A stretch of DNA of 64,000 nt, taken from Nitrospirales bacterium (GTDB taxonomy: Bacteria > Nitrospirota > Nitrospiria > Nitrospirales > UBA8639). The stretch lies in assembly GCA_965203295.1 (NCBI GenBank), contig CBDBCZ010000010.1, positions 375,366 to 439,365 of the forward strand, given 5' to 3'. The notes under the pieces were generated by a model that saw nothing but the letters and a program-made list of their open reading frames with translations, was not told where the DNA came from and searched no databases. Below, piece by piece: positions 1-12,404 of the stretch; the first letter of the stretch is position 1; the number at the start of each line of letters is the position of its first letter. The position numbers were made by a program, and so were the translations under genes.

Positions 1-791
1 CAGCCAACTACGTACTCGAATGATGTCATAGCAACACACGCTAAAAAACTGATGGGTATTTAGGGCTCTCTTTTGCCCTTTCTCCGCTGAAACTAGTAGC
101 TATTCCAAGACCTTACTCCAGAATCTCTCTTCATCCCTTTTCAAACACACGAGCACATTTTAAGAAGCAAACTACAAAATCTGGCGGCATTTCTACTCAC
201 CTCCATATGGCTCCCGCCTTTCTCGCGTTTGTCACCTCCCTTCCACTCTTATTCCTTGCTCTTTCACGCCAGAGTGCTTCTTGCTTGTAAAATAAGTTAC
301 TACTTCACTGTTTTGGGCCTTTTACAGAACGAAGAAGGCCCTACAGAGCGCCTGGAGAGGTCGCGTAACTGTACTTAATTACACTAACATGCACTTCCGC
401 GTATTCAGATGACACATCCGCTTACACGACATCTCCGTGCAGACTGTGTCATATGCGTAGTCAGAGTAGCTCGGATGCTGAGCCATCCACTTACTCATTA
501 CTCAAACAAAATCAAATGTAGCGACGAAAAATCCTGGCCGCTTGCTTTCACAATCACGCATAGATAATCAGAAAATCTCTCCCGCTCGCTTCCAGCAGAC
601 CACAGATTCCGGTATCAAATACAAAACGTTGAGAAGCCTTGAATGAACATGTATCCGGTATTACTACTCCAAATTTACATAGCCCTTTATACCCGCTGTG
701 CACGCGGGCCACTTTAGTGGCCTTCTGTGTGGGCTACGCACGAAAAATAATTGAATACGGGCCACTTAAGTGGCCTCCTGCGTGCAATGAG
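1..791. mobile_element. Right end of a TTAA-flanked (piggyBac-like) non-autonomous element, CTCATTGCACGC TIR family
   Basis: GCGTGCAATGAG followed by TTAA (792-795), the same terminus as the complete element at 30544-31190. Paired subterminal palindromes GCCACTTTAGTGGC (708) and GCCACTTAAGTGGC (761). Left end not seen. Confidence 0.6.
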
Positions 792-1299
792 TTAAGACTG
801 TACTAAGTCATGCGTTCAAATGTCTGCTATGCGAGTAGTCAGAAGCTTTTATGAACTGTACTTGTTATACTCGGGCGTTTTTATCATCAAAATGAGTAAT
901 ACCATACTCTAAGATTGCTAGAAGGCATTGAAATCGGCAGGCGGCTGAACAGCAATAATTTGTTCCAATTGTTTGTTTCTTCTTTCTTCTACCAGGCTAA
1001 CACAATAGTAGCTACAGCTATGACAGTTATTCTAATACAAGCAAGCATACCTCTTCTCTCACTGCCTGCCATTACGTGTTTTTCTATTTAACGTCTACCT
1101 TCTATTGTGCAGCTGAGCTGGAGAGTTGCTGCGCCCGGTTGTATAGTCACAGTGCAACTTACACGTACTGTAGCTATTAAAATGATTATGCTTATTCACA
1201 TGCCTGATTTTTTTGGTTGGTGTGGCTAATAACTTTGAGGGAGAAAAAACCAACAGTACATTCAAAACTGACAATAAAGCATAAAGGCAGCTGCTTGGG

Positions 1300-2097
1300 C
1301 AGCTTAGCTGACCCTACGAAGAGACCTTCCCCCATGTGCATGCAGGTGATGACCTTTCTGATGCTGACTGGTCGAAACTTATACTACACACAACATCCTA
1401 AAACACCTTCCATTCCAACACCATCCACCATGCACATAATCATCTACAACTGCACATTTGTTACCACATCCCAACAAGTTACAGAAAAAGCACTTGCTAA
1501 TGAGTGCAAAAACAAGTCATGTAGGGATGCACTTCCACCAAGAATACACTTCTCCAAAAACCAACGAAACAAGTGACAATACAATACTGAAATGCATGCA
1601 GACTACCCACACATCAGTGCAATGCATTTACTGCTATCATCCCTACATCTTTCCAACCACACCCACCACAATCTATACCACACCCCCATACACAACAGCA
1701 CACCCAATACTCCCTTCAACACACCCAACTATCCACAATCACCATCAATCATGTCACCTTGTCTCTATCCCACAATCACCCTTACATCTTATCCACCATC
1801 ATTACATACTACACGAAACACGACACCCCACACTGCAATCAACCCAAACCTTCACAGGAATACTATCCCCATCAAAATGCACTTAGTTCCACGAATCCCA
1901 CATTCTACATTCATAAGCACAAACCAATGCACAATCAGCACTTTCAGCTACCTTCCACAACCATAAATATACTCAGTCATTAGCAATACACACACACACC
2001 AAATTACATTACCAACTGTTCACATCTCACATATACACGATTGTGGTGGGTGGGTTGGAAATATGTAGGGATGGTAGCTACGCAGTAAATGCATTTG
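1300..2097 (+). repeat. C/A-rich dispersed repeat with internal inverted repeat, copy A
   Basis: Shares AAGTTACAGAAAAAGCACTT, AGTCATGTAGGGATGCAC and CATCCCTACATCTTTCCAACCACAC with 8230-9150 (reverse) and 45400-46612. Segment ~2040-2097 is an inverted copy of ~1621-1671. Confidence 0.8.
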
Positions 2098-2290
2098 CCT
2101 CGGTCACTATTGCATTAGTCATGCCCCTCCTTCTCACTTTTTTTTAAAACCTCGTAGTGACTCGCATCCGGTCTCTTACCTATACTCCACCTGAAGTCTT
2201 GAAAAGGTACAGTGGCAACTGCTGTACAGTTGAGGCAGACAGGGTGTAAATGTGACCATAATGCATGTACCTCCGGGTACACCTTTTTAA

Positions 2291-2917
2291 CCCTTTATAG
2301 CCCATTGCGCATGCGCATTTCATCACGCCATGCCCACAATAATTGAATTACGTCACATGCACGTTAGTGATTGCCGTTTCAAGCCTTGTAGCAAAAAATA
2401 GGGGAAGACTTGGACTGAACACGCTACAGAACTGAAGAGAAGAGCTCCCAAGCTTTGATTTGACGTCATATTTAAGCGTGATTCACCGCCAGAAAGTGGC
2501 AAGCGGCAGCAAATTCTCGATACCGAACGACAATTGAATATCGCCGCTACTTACTCTCTCACAACGGCGCCTCGAAGGATAATCCGGACATTCACAGATT
2601 AGCAGAGTTATTGTATGATGCAGCTAGATAGTTGTTGAGCCTCCAGTCTTGATTTGTAGCCTAGATTCTTGAGCTGTACGTTGTCCGTTCGAGTGGCAGG
2701 TGTTATTCATTGTAAATTTTCTCGTCAACGGCACGGGGATGGCCCTGCTTGGTAGCGCTAAAATAAAGTTTTTACTCACTATGACATCAACATTCATGAT
2801 GGGGATCCCCCTTGAGCCACGTTCTCTCGATCTAAGTCCATGACGCATATATGCGTCATTGGGCTTTAGGGGCACAATACGCAATGACGCATATATGCGT
2901 CAATGGGCTTTAAAGAG
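2291..2917. mobile_element. Non-autonomous piggyBac-like element (MITE)
   Basis: TTAA at 2287-2290, then CCCTTTATAGCCCATTG; right end CAATGGGCTTTAAAGAG (15/17 inverted match), right TTAA absent. Two TGACGCATATATGCGTCA palindromes at 2841 and 2885. Confidence 0.7.
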
Positions 2918-3165
2918 ACGGGCACATCACAATAAGACCTGATGGTTTACCTCATCTTCACTCGATTGACCCGCTCTTGGAACCTAAACAACCAAAGCAC
3001 TTAAATTGAACACTTGGGTTATATAATCATATTCAAAGCTAGGAGTATTCCTGACTCAGCCTTCCTATATTTGAGGCCCATAGGTATAGTTTTTAAAACA
3101 TTCATGACAAATGGATAGCATCAAACTTCTACACTGGAAAGGAAGCTCAGTTCTATTCCAATCAT

Positions 3166-3600
3166 ATTTTTACCAGCCGGAGCGCGCGCAAGCGCGCGAA
3201 CGGATGGTTCTAAGGTTACTTTACGTTTTCCGCGTTTGTCGGTCTGTCCATAGATAATATAAACTATGGTCTGTCTGTGCGTTCGCACTTATCACGTGCG
3301 CGATATGTTACATCATACGTTACTATGCAACTGCAGTATATAGCAGCTTTTGGAGGTTTGTAGCCAAGCTACACCAAACGAAAGCAGTTGTGAGTTGCCT
3401 AGATGGCAAAAACTCGGTAGGCTGCCGTACAGATCCTGTTTTGGTGACATATAGCTACTAACTAGAAGCGCACGACGAAACTGCTGCGTCAGCACTTTTG
3501 CTGTACTGCGTTGTCTCTACAGATATGCCTACGATTTGTCGGCCTGTGACTATACTGTAGTGTAATTACTAATTCGTAGTTCTACAGCTGCAGTATATAC
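3166..3600 (+). mobile_element. Possible 5' part of a non-autonomous Helentron-associated (HINE/DINE-1-like) element
   Basis: T-run, then GC-rich hairpin GCGCGCGCAAGCGCGCG and GTCTGT-type microsatellite motifs; abuts the LINE 3' end. Confidence 0.35.
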
Positions 3601-5893
3601 TTATGTTGCTGCCGTAGCGCTTACGCCATTGACCACGCACCCACATACGCAGGCGGAGCTTGAAAGATCTCCAGTCAGAGGACAAGAGCAACCAGATGTC
3701 TCACCATTACCATCCTGATCACCATATAATTTATTCTTCCTAGTCTCCCAGATTAATAAAATAAAACTCTTAACTAGCCTTAATAAAGCCTTAACACTTA
3801 GAACGCCGCATAAAATGACGTCATTTAACGCGTTAACGCTGAATAATTAATGAGGCGGCGAATCTGAGTAAAATTTTGGTGCTAATCAATGACTGATGCT
3901 CAATTTGTACTAGTTGAAGCCTATAGAAGCTTCAGACAAGCTTATAAAAGCGTTAACTAAGCTTAACAGGCATACACAAAACCGTTTATACAAGTAAAAA
4001 GCTTAACACAGCTGTCTTTGTCGACCATCCCGGATTTCACGGTCATTTGAAGTCGTCCTGATGCCTACCAGGGACTGAGGCGGTGAAAAACGATAGAGCT
4101 GAAGTTGATACAACCTTGGGCAGCTACACAAGCGGCGACAAATCGAACTTACGATGTCTTCAGGCAGTTTTGGACGCTTATCTCGATCGCCAGCCATGGC
4201 TACCGTGCCGTATTTCCGGTTGTAGCGCATTGTGGTTGAAGTGCCTACGCAAGCAAAAGCCACGCACAGACAGGGGAAGTCCCCTGCTGCCGCCGCTGTC
4301 TCTGTAGACTCGCTTATCAAAACGTCACACCAAGATAAGCGTGACAAATTGGGTAGCGCCAATATATTGGCGTATGGCGTAGTGCGCGTTTCCCGTGTGA
4401 GCCAATATATTGGCTCATGGCGCTCAGAGTGTTAATTAAAATCATCTTTCCCAATTCTCACACCCTAAAACAAAGCCCGTCCTCTCGAAATTATTGAGTG
4501 CACTAAACTCTTCAAAACTTTCACCCAACAGATTGTCTAAGTCTTTCATGAAAGTACTTCTAAAAGTATCATACGCAGAGCACATGTACCACACTCTCAC
4601 ATTCATCCCCATACAACTTACACTGCCTATCATCATTTTTACCCCGATGCCTTCCTAACCCTTCATTCAGACCATTAGTACCAGACCTAAACTTAACCCT
4701 TTAAAGTTTAACTAAGTTTAACTTTACTATTTAAGCCATCATTAAAATCTTTATATTCTCTGCATCTCAATGCTTCATCTACTCTCTCTAAAAACAAGTT
4801 TACATTATAATCTTCAGCTAGTATTTCCTGACTGTCTATATTTAACTGCAACAACAATTCACTAATTACTTTCCTCCAGGTCTTCCTTTGCCTACCCCTA
4901 CAAGGCTTCTCTTCCCACTCATTGTGTAGTAGTAATCTAGGATATCTCTCAGCATTCAAACTATTGACTTTATACCACCACTTAAGTTTGCATCTATCCC
5001 TCCTGCCTTTCAAAGATTCTAACTCCATATCCCCCCTTAATGCTTCATTACACGTTTTAGAAGAGCAGCCAAGCATCTTTTTAGCTGCTCCTAGCTGAAT
5101 AGATTCCAAGGAAGCTGTCTGCCTTTATTACAAGCCCATACTTCACTACCATATTCTAAAGTAGGGCGAAGTACCGATACTAACAATAATCTTCTTGCAA
5201 CTGTATTGATATTCCTATTACTTAAAAACCTATGTAATTGATTCAGTTTTTTCTTTCCATTATTTATTACCTTCTGTACATGACTATCCCATGAACCATT
5301 CTTAGCAAATTCAATCCCCAAGTAACAGTAACTTACAACCTCTGGAATGTCTTTATCTCCCCACTTCCATGTACATGCACCTGTATTAACCTCTTTAGAA
5401 AATACCATAACAGCACTCTTTTTTATATTAGATTTCAACCTCCTTTTATTACAAAACCCCTGCACTATATTAATCAAGGTTTGTAAGTCCTCAGCATTAG
5501 TAGTTAAACCTACAATCATCAGCAAACATCAGACCCCCAACCGTAACAACCTTCTTAACAGTAATGCCAATCCCAGCCTTCTCAACCTCATCTAACAACT
5601 GATTAATAAAAATGGAAAAGAGGATAGGCGACATACTACAACCCTGTGCCACCCCGACCTATATTGAATTGCTCAGATACTTCTCCCTCCAGTAAAACAG
5701 CACTCTGTGTGATGTCATACATATTCTTAATAACTCTCCACATCCTACCCCTAACCCCAAGTTCCCATAACTTAAACCATAAACCATCATGCCAAACTGC
5801 TTTCTGAACATCTATGAAAAAAGCGTAAGTGTGCTTTCCTTCCCTCATTCTACCTTGTACAATTTCATTTAGAGTAAAGATGCTATCAACACA
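3601..5893 (-). mobile_element. 5'-truncated, degenerate non-LTR retrotransposon (RTEX-like), copy 1
   Basis: RT fragments (YAFFIDVQKA, YCYLGIEF, VLRPTLEYGSEVW), highly similar to 48308-50030. Interrupted by a MITE at 3795-4431; frameshifts and small deletions. Confidence 0.9.
3795..4431. mobile_element. piggyBac-like MITE (CACTTAG TIR family) inserted in the LINE
   Basis: TTAA (3791-3794) CACTTAGAACGCC ... GGCGCTCAGAGTG TTAA (4432-4435). LINE copy 2 has the empty site GCCTTAAAATCAT. Internally similar to 7287-7910. Confidence 0.85.
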
Positions 5894-6949
5894 CAGCTGC
5901 AGTTAGCTTGGCCTAAGCCGAGTTGTGTGTAACTTATTGTATTATACGGGAAAGGTGCCCGGCTGGTTTAGACATGAAATGTCAGACTTGTGTGATATAT
6001 CCAGGAATAATAGGAGCCGCAGCTTCAGCCCAAGATCTGAGCCGGGGGCTTCCAACTCTGCTCCTGGAGGTCAAGCTGAGAGTCAGAATTTTGTTAAGGC
6101 CTGCCTGTCAAACCACAGGGAGGCCAATGACTATAAACTTCTGGATATATACAACAGATGGTCTAAACAAGTTCTTGGTAACTACACAACACTGGGTGAT
6201 GTTTGTGTTAGCAAAGTAACGGGTCTTACTTTAGGTGAGTATTATGAATTTCATAAACAATATTGGTTCCAGTATCATAATCAACAAACGTGTTTTGAAT
6301 GATCCTGGCAGGGGAAACTATTGTTTCAATTGGTATTGCTTTCACAAGTGTTCAAAAGGGCGTTTCCATCAAGTGAGTATCAATCACATCACGCAAAGAA
6401 ACAACTCCGTACATTCCAATAGTTTACATCCGTGTTGGTACACCAGCAAGTTAGTGTTTGGAGTTGCTGGTGATGGAACTGATTCCAGGGGTTAACTGCA
6501 GGAAAGTTGCTGAGTTTTTGAATGCACACTTTGGCACACAAAGTACTGCAGCCACACCAAACTTAACCAGCCAAGTTTTAATACATCCATAAGGCTAATA
6601 AGAATTTATATCGGCCTTTTTATATTAGGCGTTAATTTCCGTTTAACTGCTGCAAGAAGACAGTGGAGTCTCCAGAACATGTCCAAGAGGGTAGATCATG
6701 TCCAAACATGCATTGAAGAGACTCAGGACTTCTGTATGTGCATTGAAGACCTTGCCAGCACTTGTGAAAGAGCAATTCTTTGGACATATGGGATCAGCTG
6801 CACTATTAATGACAAAGCTCTAATGACAGTGACAGTAGCTGTGAGCCTGATGATTTCCCATCACACACGATCCTACCAAGCTCAATTATGGTACCATCAA
6901 ATGTAATTATTCTAAAGATGCTGTCTGAATCACAATACAACTGGTTGAA

Positions 6950-8100
6950 TTCTTGGAACAGTATGGCTGTGATGAGTCAAGTGAGGATAAATTACAATGT
7001 GTTTTCTCCAAATATATGGAAGATTCATCCCTGAATGCTCCCCAGAAGGAGCTTTTGGAGCACTTTTATGCAGCATACTACATGGACAAAGTCACAAGAC
7101 GGCTCAGAGATGAAAGAGAAGCAGATGCCATGAATGAAATGACTGTCAGATTTGGATTCCGATGATCCAGAAATGTATGTTCAATTGGACCTTCAAAGTG
7201 AACATGCAAAAGCCGCTATAATAAAGCGAAAAAAAACAATTTTACATTTTACATACAATTGTTCAACCACCATCACATACCCTTAACACTTAGCCCGCGT
7301 CCATTTTGTGACGTAATCTTACGTGTGCGGAATTTAATTAAAACTAAATTGAATATTCGATAAACCAGCTTATAGGACGCTAGAAACTACTCTATACGTT
7401 AGTTGTACTTGAGAAAGCTTAAATTTACTTCAATCACACATGCTACAGCTTCAAAAGCTTAACAAAGCTTAACAGAGCTGTAAAAAGGCGGGCTACAATA
7501 GGCGGTTCATACTTACCCGAGTAGCTCCACCGATTTCAAGCGATCCAGTGCCCTGCTAGGGACTGAGGCGGCGAAAGAAGATACAGAAGTAGTCCTGAGA
7601 ACCTTAGGCAGCCACACAAGCAGCGTGAAACAACGGTAGTGGCATCCGCGCGCAGTTTTAGGCGCTTGTCTCGATCGGCAGCCATGGCTACGTCTCGTGG
7701 TCGATCGTATTTCCGGTTGTAGCGCTTCGTGGTTTGGAGCTTACGTCAACAAAAGCTTATTATAGACAGGGGAACTCCCCTGCTGACTATCAGTACTAAA
7801 AATCAGAGCTTATCAAAACGTAATACAGACGTAGAAGCCAATATATTGGCCCTCCGCGCTACGCACGTATACTTGGCGGGCCAATATATTGGCCCTCCGC
7901 GTTCTAAGTGTTAAGGAAGCATTTCAGGAACTCAAGGGTTGTCCTCCATCTCAGCAGTACATTGAAGAAGCTGCAAAAAGGTGCTTTTGTTACCAGATGA
8001 GGTACGGATGTGGTTTGATCATACAGTCAGTTTCAGACAACCGTAAATGAGGTGCTGCACAAGCTACGGAAACTCGAAGGAAGAGAAAGGCAGAAAAAAA
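6950..8100 (+). pseudogene. Degenerate coding remnant of unknown, probably TE-associated, protein
   Basis: Protein-like segments (HFYAAYYMDKVTRRLRDEREADA..., QPPSHTL|KEAFQELKGCPPSQQYIEEAAKR..., PDEVRMWFDH). The frame is restored across the removed TTAA MITE; frameshifts elsewhere. Confidence 0.45.
7287..7910. mobile_element. piggyBac-like MITE (CACTTAG TIR family), second copy
   Basis: TTAA (7283-7286) CACTTAGCCCGCG ... CGCGTTCTAAGTG TTAA (7911-7914). Paired GCCAATATATTGGC palindromes at 7837 and 7880. Confidence 0.9.
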
Positions 8101-8229
8101 GCACCAATTGCACTGGTGTTACATGTGATTGGTAAAGTAATTTATGCATTCTGAGTTATGTAGTATATGTTATATAATAATAAAAGCAGATATGTGATGC
8201 CTTTGTAGGTACATGTATAGATAAAAAGA

Positions 8230-9150
8230 TGTCATGTAGGGATGCATTTCCACCGAAAAACACTTCGCCAAAAACCAATGAAGCAAGCGACAGTGCACAC
8301 CACAATGCATGTTGTTTGTATAGGTACTTGGGGAGTGTTTGCTTATAATATGCCTGATTGAGTGTTATGAAGTTGTGAGATGCTTGTGTGTGCAGATTCT
8401 TTGTAGGGGAGGTCAATGAGGGTGTATTTGGTAAAGTGTAGATTGCGTGTTGTAAACTTTGCTGAGTGTGTTGCATGGTTGTTGATGTGGGTTGTGTTTG
8501 TTGTGTGTGTAGGTGGCAGTGTGGTGTTGTGAGAAATTGCTCTGCTTGGTTTGTGCTTGTGAATGGTGAATGGTGGAGCAAAGTGCATTTTGATGGGAGT
8601 AGTGTTCCTGTGAAGGTTTGGGTTGGTTGTAGTGTAGTTTTGTAAAGTATGTAATGATTGTGGATAAGGAAGTAAGGGTGATTGTTGGATGGAGACGAGG
8701 GGTCATGGTTGATATTGATTGTGGATGGTTGGGTGTGTTGAAGGGAAGTATTTGGTGTGCTGTTGAGTATGGGGGTGTGGTACGGATTGTGGTGGGTGTG
8801 GTTGGAAAGTTGTAGGGATGGTAGCTACGGGTAAATGTCCTGCACTGTTATGTTATGGTAGTCTGCACATGCATTGTGGTGTGCACTGCCGCTTGTTTCA
8901 TTGGTTTTTGGGGAAGTGTTTTTGGTGGAAGTGCATCCCTACATGACTTGTCTTAGCACTTTTTGGCGAAGTGCTTTTTCTATAACTTGTTTTGGGGTGT
9001 TTTTTTGGGATGTGGTAACAAATATGTAGGTGTCAATGTGCGTGCACAGTGCATGTAGTATAGGTTTCGATTTGTACCCCAGTGGGCACCAAGAAGGCCT
9101 TAGTCTGCATGTGCACGGGGCGAAAGGTCTCATTTTCAGGGTTAGCTCTG
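8230..9150 (-). repeat. C/A-rich dispersed repeat with internal inverted repeat, copy B
   Basis: Reverse-complement homolog of 1300-1960. Segment ~8230-8312 is an inverted copy of ~8866-8948. Confidence 0.8.
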
Positions 9151-10127
9151 TAACTGGCATGTAAGGTCGCCCTTTTCTTGTCGAAGTCTGTACTACAGCT
9201 AGCACGGGAAGCTGCCCTAGCATTTATTATGGAGTAGCTAGTACCGCACTCTATGTTACTGAATTATCTCCAAGGCCGAAGATATGTATTTAATTTTTTA
9301 GTGTCACAAAAACGAATAGCCCCCTCCAATAGAGTAAGTGAGGAGGCAACCGGACGGTACGGGTTTTCCGAATGCGATAAACCTCATTTCCAAGGCTTTT
9401 CTGCCTGTTCTATTATTCATAGTAAGTGAACAAAAGCAGCTCATGATACACAGAAAGGCCTAGAGAACGAGGCAAATTTGTTGCGTGTACGGACAACCCC
9501 CTGTTCGGACACCCCTTCACTTATATTGCTACCTCACAACTCATCCCATTCTTAAACAGTACTCCTGGCCAGAAGCCGTTTGTACTTGGGCCAACCAACA
9601 TAATTAGCCTTGTGAGTAAGTAGATTATAGCCAAAAAAAATTGTGTGACTTCCGCTCAGGAGATGCAGCTCAGGTCCGTACAGCTGGCATGATCAAAGAT
9701 AGGTGTTATAAGACAAACACGTGCAGTCTGCGCAAGTCTGGGGCAGTAACTAAAACCCGGAACGAAATGAAACAGTAGTCATTAAATGGCGTAGAACGGC
9801 AAGCATCCACTCAAGAGTATTTGTAAATCACTGCTGAACCCATTTGATTTTTTGAATAAGGTATGCATGAGTGCAATACCCCGGGGAATATCCAGCCTGT
9901 TCGCGCTTGAATTATTGTGATCGCTTCAGCCATTATCGTGCTAGCCTGGCTGAAGAAAGACAGAAAGAATTGTACGATTAGGCCCCACCCCCTCAGTGTG
10001 TCGACTTGCCCTACTCCAGCGAAAATTTCTAGCAACGCCAATAGTCCTGTTGCTGATAAAAACACTCGATATATCATGATATGGCTCATAAAATCCTATG
10101 ACTACAAACAGAGCCGATTTCTAAACG

Positions 10128-11182
10128 GTATTATTACTTGTAGCGGTGCGGCCAAAGGCCGCGGAGCAGAGAGTACTATTTTGGGTTTGTAATGTAATGT
10201 GATGTAATGTCGCAATAGGGCACGTAGTGGTTACTAGTTTGGGTATAAAGTACTCTCTTAAGGCAGTTCTCTGGAGATGGTGTAGTTGGTTGCAAGGGGT
10301 AGTTTCTGGGCTGGAGAACTGGTAGTTACAGGATCGAATCTGGGTAAGGAGTTTTTTTTTGTTTTGCTATCGTGCTCTTGCTATTGTGCTTTCTTTTTTT
10401 GTTTTCTGTTGTGTTTTGTTACTATGATCTGTTCTATTGCATATTTTGCAGTATGTAATATAGTTAGTACATTCTGGAATATTTCACAGCATTAGCAGTG
10501 ATGACTTGGTTGTGAGATAATCAGCCATGCCTTTGGGAATAGTGGGTACTTATTGGGCTCTGTATTTAATTAACGAGAAGAATGATGTGGATTTGCCTTT
10601 ATATTAGGAATACGCAAGCGAAATATGCCTCGCGTAGCTTTTTTGCATTATTTGTGCAGGTTGGGTATTGGTGAATTGTGGTCTATATCAGCTTAATGCA
10701 TGCTGGCTTGAAATATCGTTGCTCATTACGTTGTTCATTTTGTCCTCCAACCTCAGAAAGCTTTAAAACCAGTTTATAAATAACAATAAGACCTGTACCT
10801 TTCTATCCATTAGGATTATGGTGCGCCTCCCTTTTGGTAGTGACTCGATTTTCGATCGCATATCTCAGCTTACAGTACACCTACACAAACTCTACAAACT
10901 CTACAAACCTGGGAGCTGTAGTAAGTCTCCCTTGATAAAACTTCCTGACAAATTTGTCCAGACCTCTGACTTCGTGTCCGCCACAACTTCGAAGACGGCA
11001 CCCAAAAAACTGCCTGAGACGCCATTTTGAACACACGCCCTGCCCCCGGGGGAGCAAACCTTATAGCTAGTCGATCGTATGGAGGATAGTTATATATATA
11101 GTACATATAAAAACGCTATATAGCTGAGAATGTTGAGCCCATAGCACGTGATTATTGGCCTCGCTGCGCTCGGCAAAAATTC
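10128..11182 (+). mobile_element. Possible non-autonomous Helentron-associated (HINE-like) element
   Basis: 5' hairpin GCGGCCAAAGGCCGC, (TAATG)n microsatellite at ~10190-10210, and 3' GC-rich stem-loop GGCCTCGCTGCGCTCGGC before an A/T tract. Confidence 0.35.
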
Positions 11183-11834
11183 ATGCAGTGACATGAAATA
11201 ATGTAGCTGTGAATTGTATTTATATGTAATATAGATCTATGTACACGTATACATTATTCTGCGTCAGAATGACAGCATGTCATGAAATAAGTTAGTATGG
11301 TTGACTATAATACAATTCTTGAGTAAGTCATTAATCCAAACTGTAAATCTATTCAGTGCACTGTGGAATCATGGACAGAACGTTTTCAGTCCTTTATCCT
11401 AATGATGATTTTGCGAAAGGTGTTACTCGTACAGTACTGATCATTTACATCGCTGTATACCCGACTATGGGGTGGATGTGAGTAATTTTGACGATATTGA
11501 TGCTATTAATGATACATCCCGGATACTACCGATGATGCTGAGGCGAAAGTGGAGGGGGAAGGGTATAAAAGGAAGCCTGCGTGGTAGTTGTGTACTGATT
11601 ATTAAATGAGTTTGAGAGTGTCAAAGTTCAATTAGTAGTAATAATGCAGAGCAACGACAGAGAAGCAGATGATAGTCGCAAGAGAACAAGTGTTGAGGAA
11701 AGCAAAATCCCGTGTACGAAGCGCAAAAAAGGAGCTGGGGAAAGGCGTTCCATGTAATGCGTTAACAGCGGACAGGTGGCTGAAAAGCAATTTGATGTGC
11801 ACTGTGAAGTTCGCCGCTCAAAGCGAGAGTGCGG

Positions 11835-12017
11835 CGAAAAACCGTAGTAAAAAGGGCAAAGAGAAAGAGTGCCGACCGCAAGGCAGCGAGAAGCCACTCG
11901 CTCATGTCGCAAAAGGAAACTGCAGGCGAAAAACCGCAGTGAGAATGGCGAAGAGAAAGAGCGCCGACCAACAAGGCAGCGAAAAACCACTCGCTCATGT
12001 CGCAAAAGGAAACTGGT
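11835..12017 (+). repeat. Two tandem ~92-bp units encoding basic/charged peptide
   Basis: AAAAACCG...CCACTCGCTCATGTCGCAAAAGGAAACTG occurs twice. Confidence 0.75.
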
Positions 12018-12404
12018 AGTAACGATTTATAGTAGTAATAGCAGTATAATTGATAATACTGAGTAATAGTGCAGTCCTGCACAGTGAGAGCTATCTATTG
12101 CATGTCTGAGTCACTGTCCTCTGCTGGACCTGGGGAAACAGGCACTGGCCTAGACACGGTAAGCTTTCTATTCCCCCAGGATTCCCATTTTCTCGGTGCT
12201 GGCACAGGATCCCATTGCTGTACAGCTGGCCCTCCTGACGAGATCCGAATAAGACAGTCTAGTGCTCCAGTTTTTAGGCGATTGCGCTGGGCTGTCTTAA
12301 TCCTCTTCATTGTTGAGAAGAGACGTTCCACGTCAGCACTGGAAGCAGGTAGGACTCCTATGCACGCCAGAATATTGAAGATGAGAGGGTAAGCGGTCGT
12401 CAAG

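Noticed and set aside
1217..1983. Overlapping His/Thr/Pro-rich ORFs (also 8156-8706 and 45385-46326)
   Set aside because: They arise because the G-poor C/A-rich repeat has few stop codons, and the frames are not conserved between copies.
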